64,000 nucleotides of DNA from Octopus sinensis (lineage: Eukaryota): the NCBI RefSeq assembly GCF_006345805.1, contig NC_043002.1, forward strand, positions 82,336,001 through 82,400,000. Direction: 5' to 3'. Position numbers and translations under genes: made by a program. Below, piece after piece: positions 61,834 to 64,000 of the stretch (position 1 is its first letter; every line of letters begins with the position of its first letter). Under the pieces are notes generated by a model, which saw only the letters and a program-made list of their open reading frames with translations, did not search any database and was not told where the DNA came from.

Positions 61834-64000
61834 TTAAAATAATCAATCTCTCAAATAAAGAACTTACACCTAACGAAATAAGCATACTTTCCAAAGGACT
61901 TAAATTTACACCAACCCCACAACGTTCTAATTACTATGAAATGAAAGATGATATTTCTGAATTTTGTAGGAAACTAAGACTTGCTGAGGAATTTCATGGC
62001 AAACAAATAGATGAATCAATAGCTAGAAACAACAGCAATTACACCCCTACCAAGGGAAAGAATAAAGCCTTAGACTGCTATTGTGACTACATAACTAATT
62101 TCCCTTTTCAATTCACCAAGAAACAAAAACATAGCCAAAACTTTAACAAAAGAGAATGGAATGACCTCATCAAACTAAGAGAAGACAAAACAATAACAAT
62201 TAAGGAGGCAGATAAGGGCAACGCGGTAGTATTAATGACTACAAACGATTATAAAAATTTAGTGCTATCCCTATTAAAAGATGAAACGTATTATGAAAGG
62301 GCCCAACAGTATAATCAGCCAAAAATAATGTATAACCTCAGGACATTAATCAACACATACCGAGAAGGACTCACGGACAAGGAGTACGAATACATCACTA
62401 ACTTTAAGTGCAAATCAAGTTTGTTCTACGGTATCCCTAAAGTCCACAAAAGCCAAATAATTAGTGAAACATGCAAAACATCTACCGATATACTCATCAA
62501 AATCCCTTCACCAAATGATCTTAAATTTAGACCGATAATAGCAGGCCCAGCATGTGAAACTCACCGCCTCAGCAATTTCTTAGACACACTTCTTAAACCT
62601 TTCCTAAAGCACATCAAAAGCTACGTAAGAGATGATATAGACATGCTTAACCACCTCCCCAAAACAGTCAATGAGAAAACCCTTCTAGTATCCTTCGACG
62701 TAATTAACCTTTATTCAAACATCCCTCACACCCTAGGAATAGAAGCGATCACTTTCTGGCTAAATAACTACTCCTTTGAACTCCCAACTCGCATAAATAA
62801 AGAACTTATAATAGAAGGACTTACATTTATTTTAGAAAACAATTACTTTATTTTTGACAATAATTTCTACAGACAAAGATCGGGAACAGCGATGGGCACG
62901 CGTACTGCGCCTTTTTTTGCCAACCTAGTGATGGGATACCTCGAGAAAATACTCTACCAGAAAACACTCGAGAAATATGGAAACACCTTCTCCACCTATA
63001 TCCAGAACAACTGGAAAAGCTACCTCGACGACTGCTTTATCCTCTGGGATAAAAGTATAGAGAAACTTGAGGAATTTAAAATACTATTAAATGGAATAAA
63101 TGATAATATTCAGTTCACGATGGATCATAACGAAGAAGAATTGCCATTTTTAGACATCCTCATTAAGAAAGCCGGCAACAAAATAGAGACAGATATCTAT
63201 TATAAATCGACAAACTCCAAGCAGTACCTACCCTTTGATTCATGCCACCCAAGACACACTAGAATAAATGTCCCTTTTTGTTTAGCTAGAAGGATTTGCA
63301 CCATAATATCAGACACAAACACCCAACACACACGTCTCCAGGAACTTAGAACTACACTCACAAATAGAAATTATCCACAGCCCCTAATAGACAGTGCAAT
63401 CCAACGGGCACTTAAATTAAGTATAGAAGACCTGAGACAAACAAAACCAAAAAAGAAAGAAAAATTAAAAACCCTTCCCTATATCTCTACACACAACCCA
63501 CTTAACAATGCGGCCTTCAGCACCATACTACAAAGCACAGCCCTACTAAAGGGAGACCCAAAGATGAACCGGATCCTCGAAACACACACCATCATTAAAA
63601 GTAAACGGCAACCAAAATCCTTGAAAAGGATTTTAACCCAAGCTAAACTGCACTCAACATCAACCACAAAACCAGCAGTTAGAAAATGTGGAAAGCCCAA
63701 CTGCGGAATCTGTGTCATCTTGGTAGAAGGTTCAGAATTTATACTAAAGCAAGGCCATCAGTTCACCATTAGAACAAACTTCACCTGTGCATCAGAAAAC
63801 TTAATTTACATCTTAACATGCGCAGGTTGCAATAGGCAGTATATAGGCCATACAAAAAATAGCTTACGTAAAAGGATGGCGGTGCATAAATCCCAAATTA
63901 GAAACCCTGAATACCGGAAAATACCAGTCAGCGGACACATAGATAGATGTGCTTCAAATGAAAATCCGAAATTTACAACTTGCCCACTTTACAAATTCAG
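61800..64000 (+). mobile_element. Penelope-like element (Neptune-like) RT + GIY-YIG ORF, open to the window end (>733 codons)
   Basis: Manual translation, no stop found: IINLS..KGLKFTPTP, KEADKG, FYGIPKVHK, FRPII, SFDVINLYSNIP, QRSGTAMG, YLDD, LPFLD, CGKPNCGIC, LIYILTC..C..QYIG. Confidence 0.93.

Overview
AT-rich, repeat-dense animal genomic DNA. The SINE/RTE families and the style of the C2H2 genes suggest an octopod cephalopod (inference; no database search was possible). Host genes: one SLC3-family (4F2hc/rBAT-like) heavy chain with an uninterrupted CDS (14666-16573, +) and two tandemly duplicated poly-C2H2 zinc-finger genes with single-exon CDSs (19 and 13 fingers, -). The rest is mostly mobile DNA: Academ, Merlin, mariner/Tc1, Helitron, RTE, CR1, Penelope-like elements (PLEs), tRNA-SINEs, MITEs and satellites. 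Two signals are invisible in the ORF track. (1) At least six unrelated loci, plus one weak one, carry minimal type-I hammerhead ribozyme motifs with palindromic stem III. Four of them sit in long inverted repeats of the PLE inverted pseudo-LTR type, and the set includes a compensatory U3-A8 core and two independent U4C cores. (2) A third, divergently oriented paralog of the ZNF gene keeps its exon 1, intron and 5'UTR exon on the + strand. Where the zinc-finger ATG should be, a mariner element is inserted whose DNA-binding half is intact while its catalytic half is broken. All alignments and folds were done by eye and need computational confirmation.
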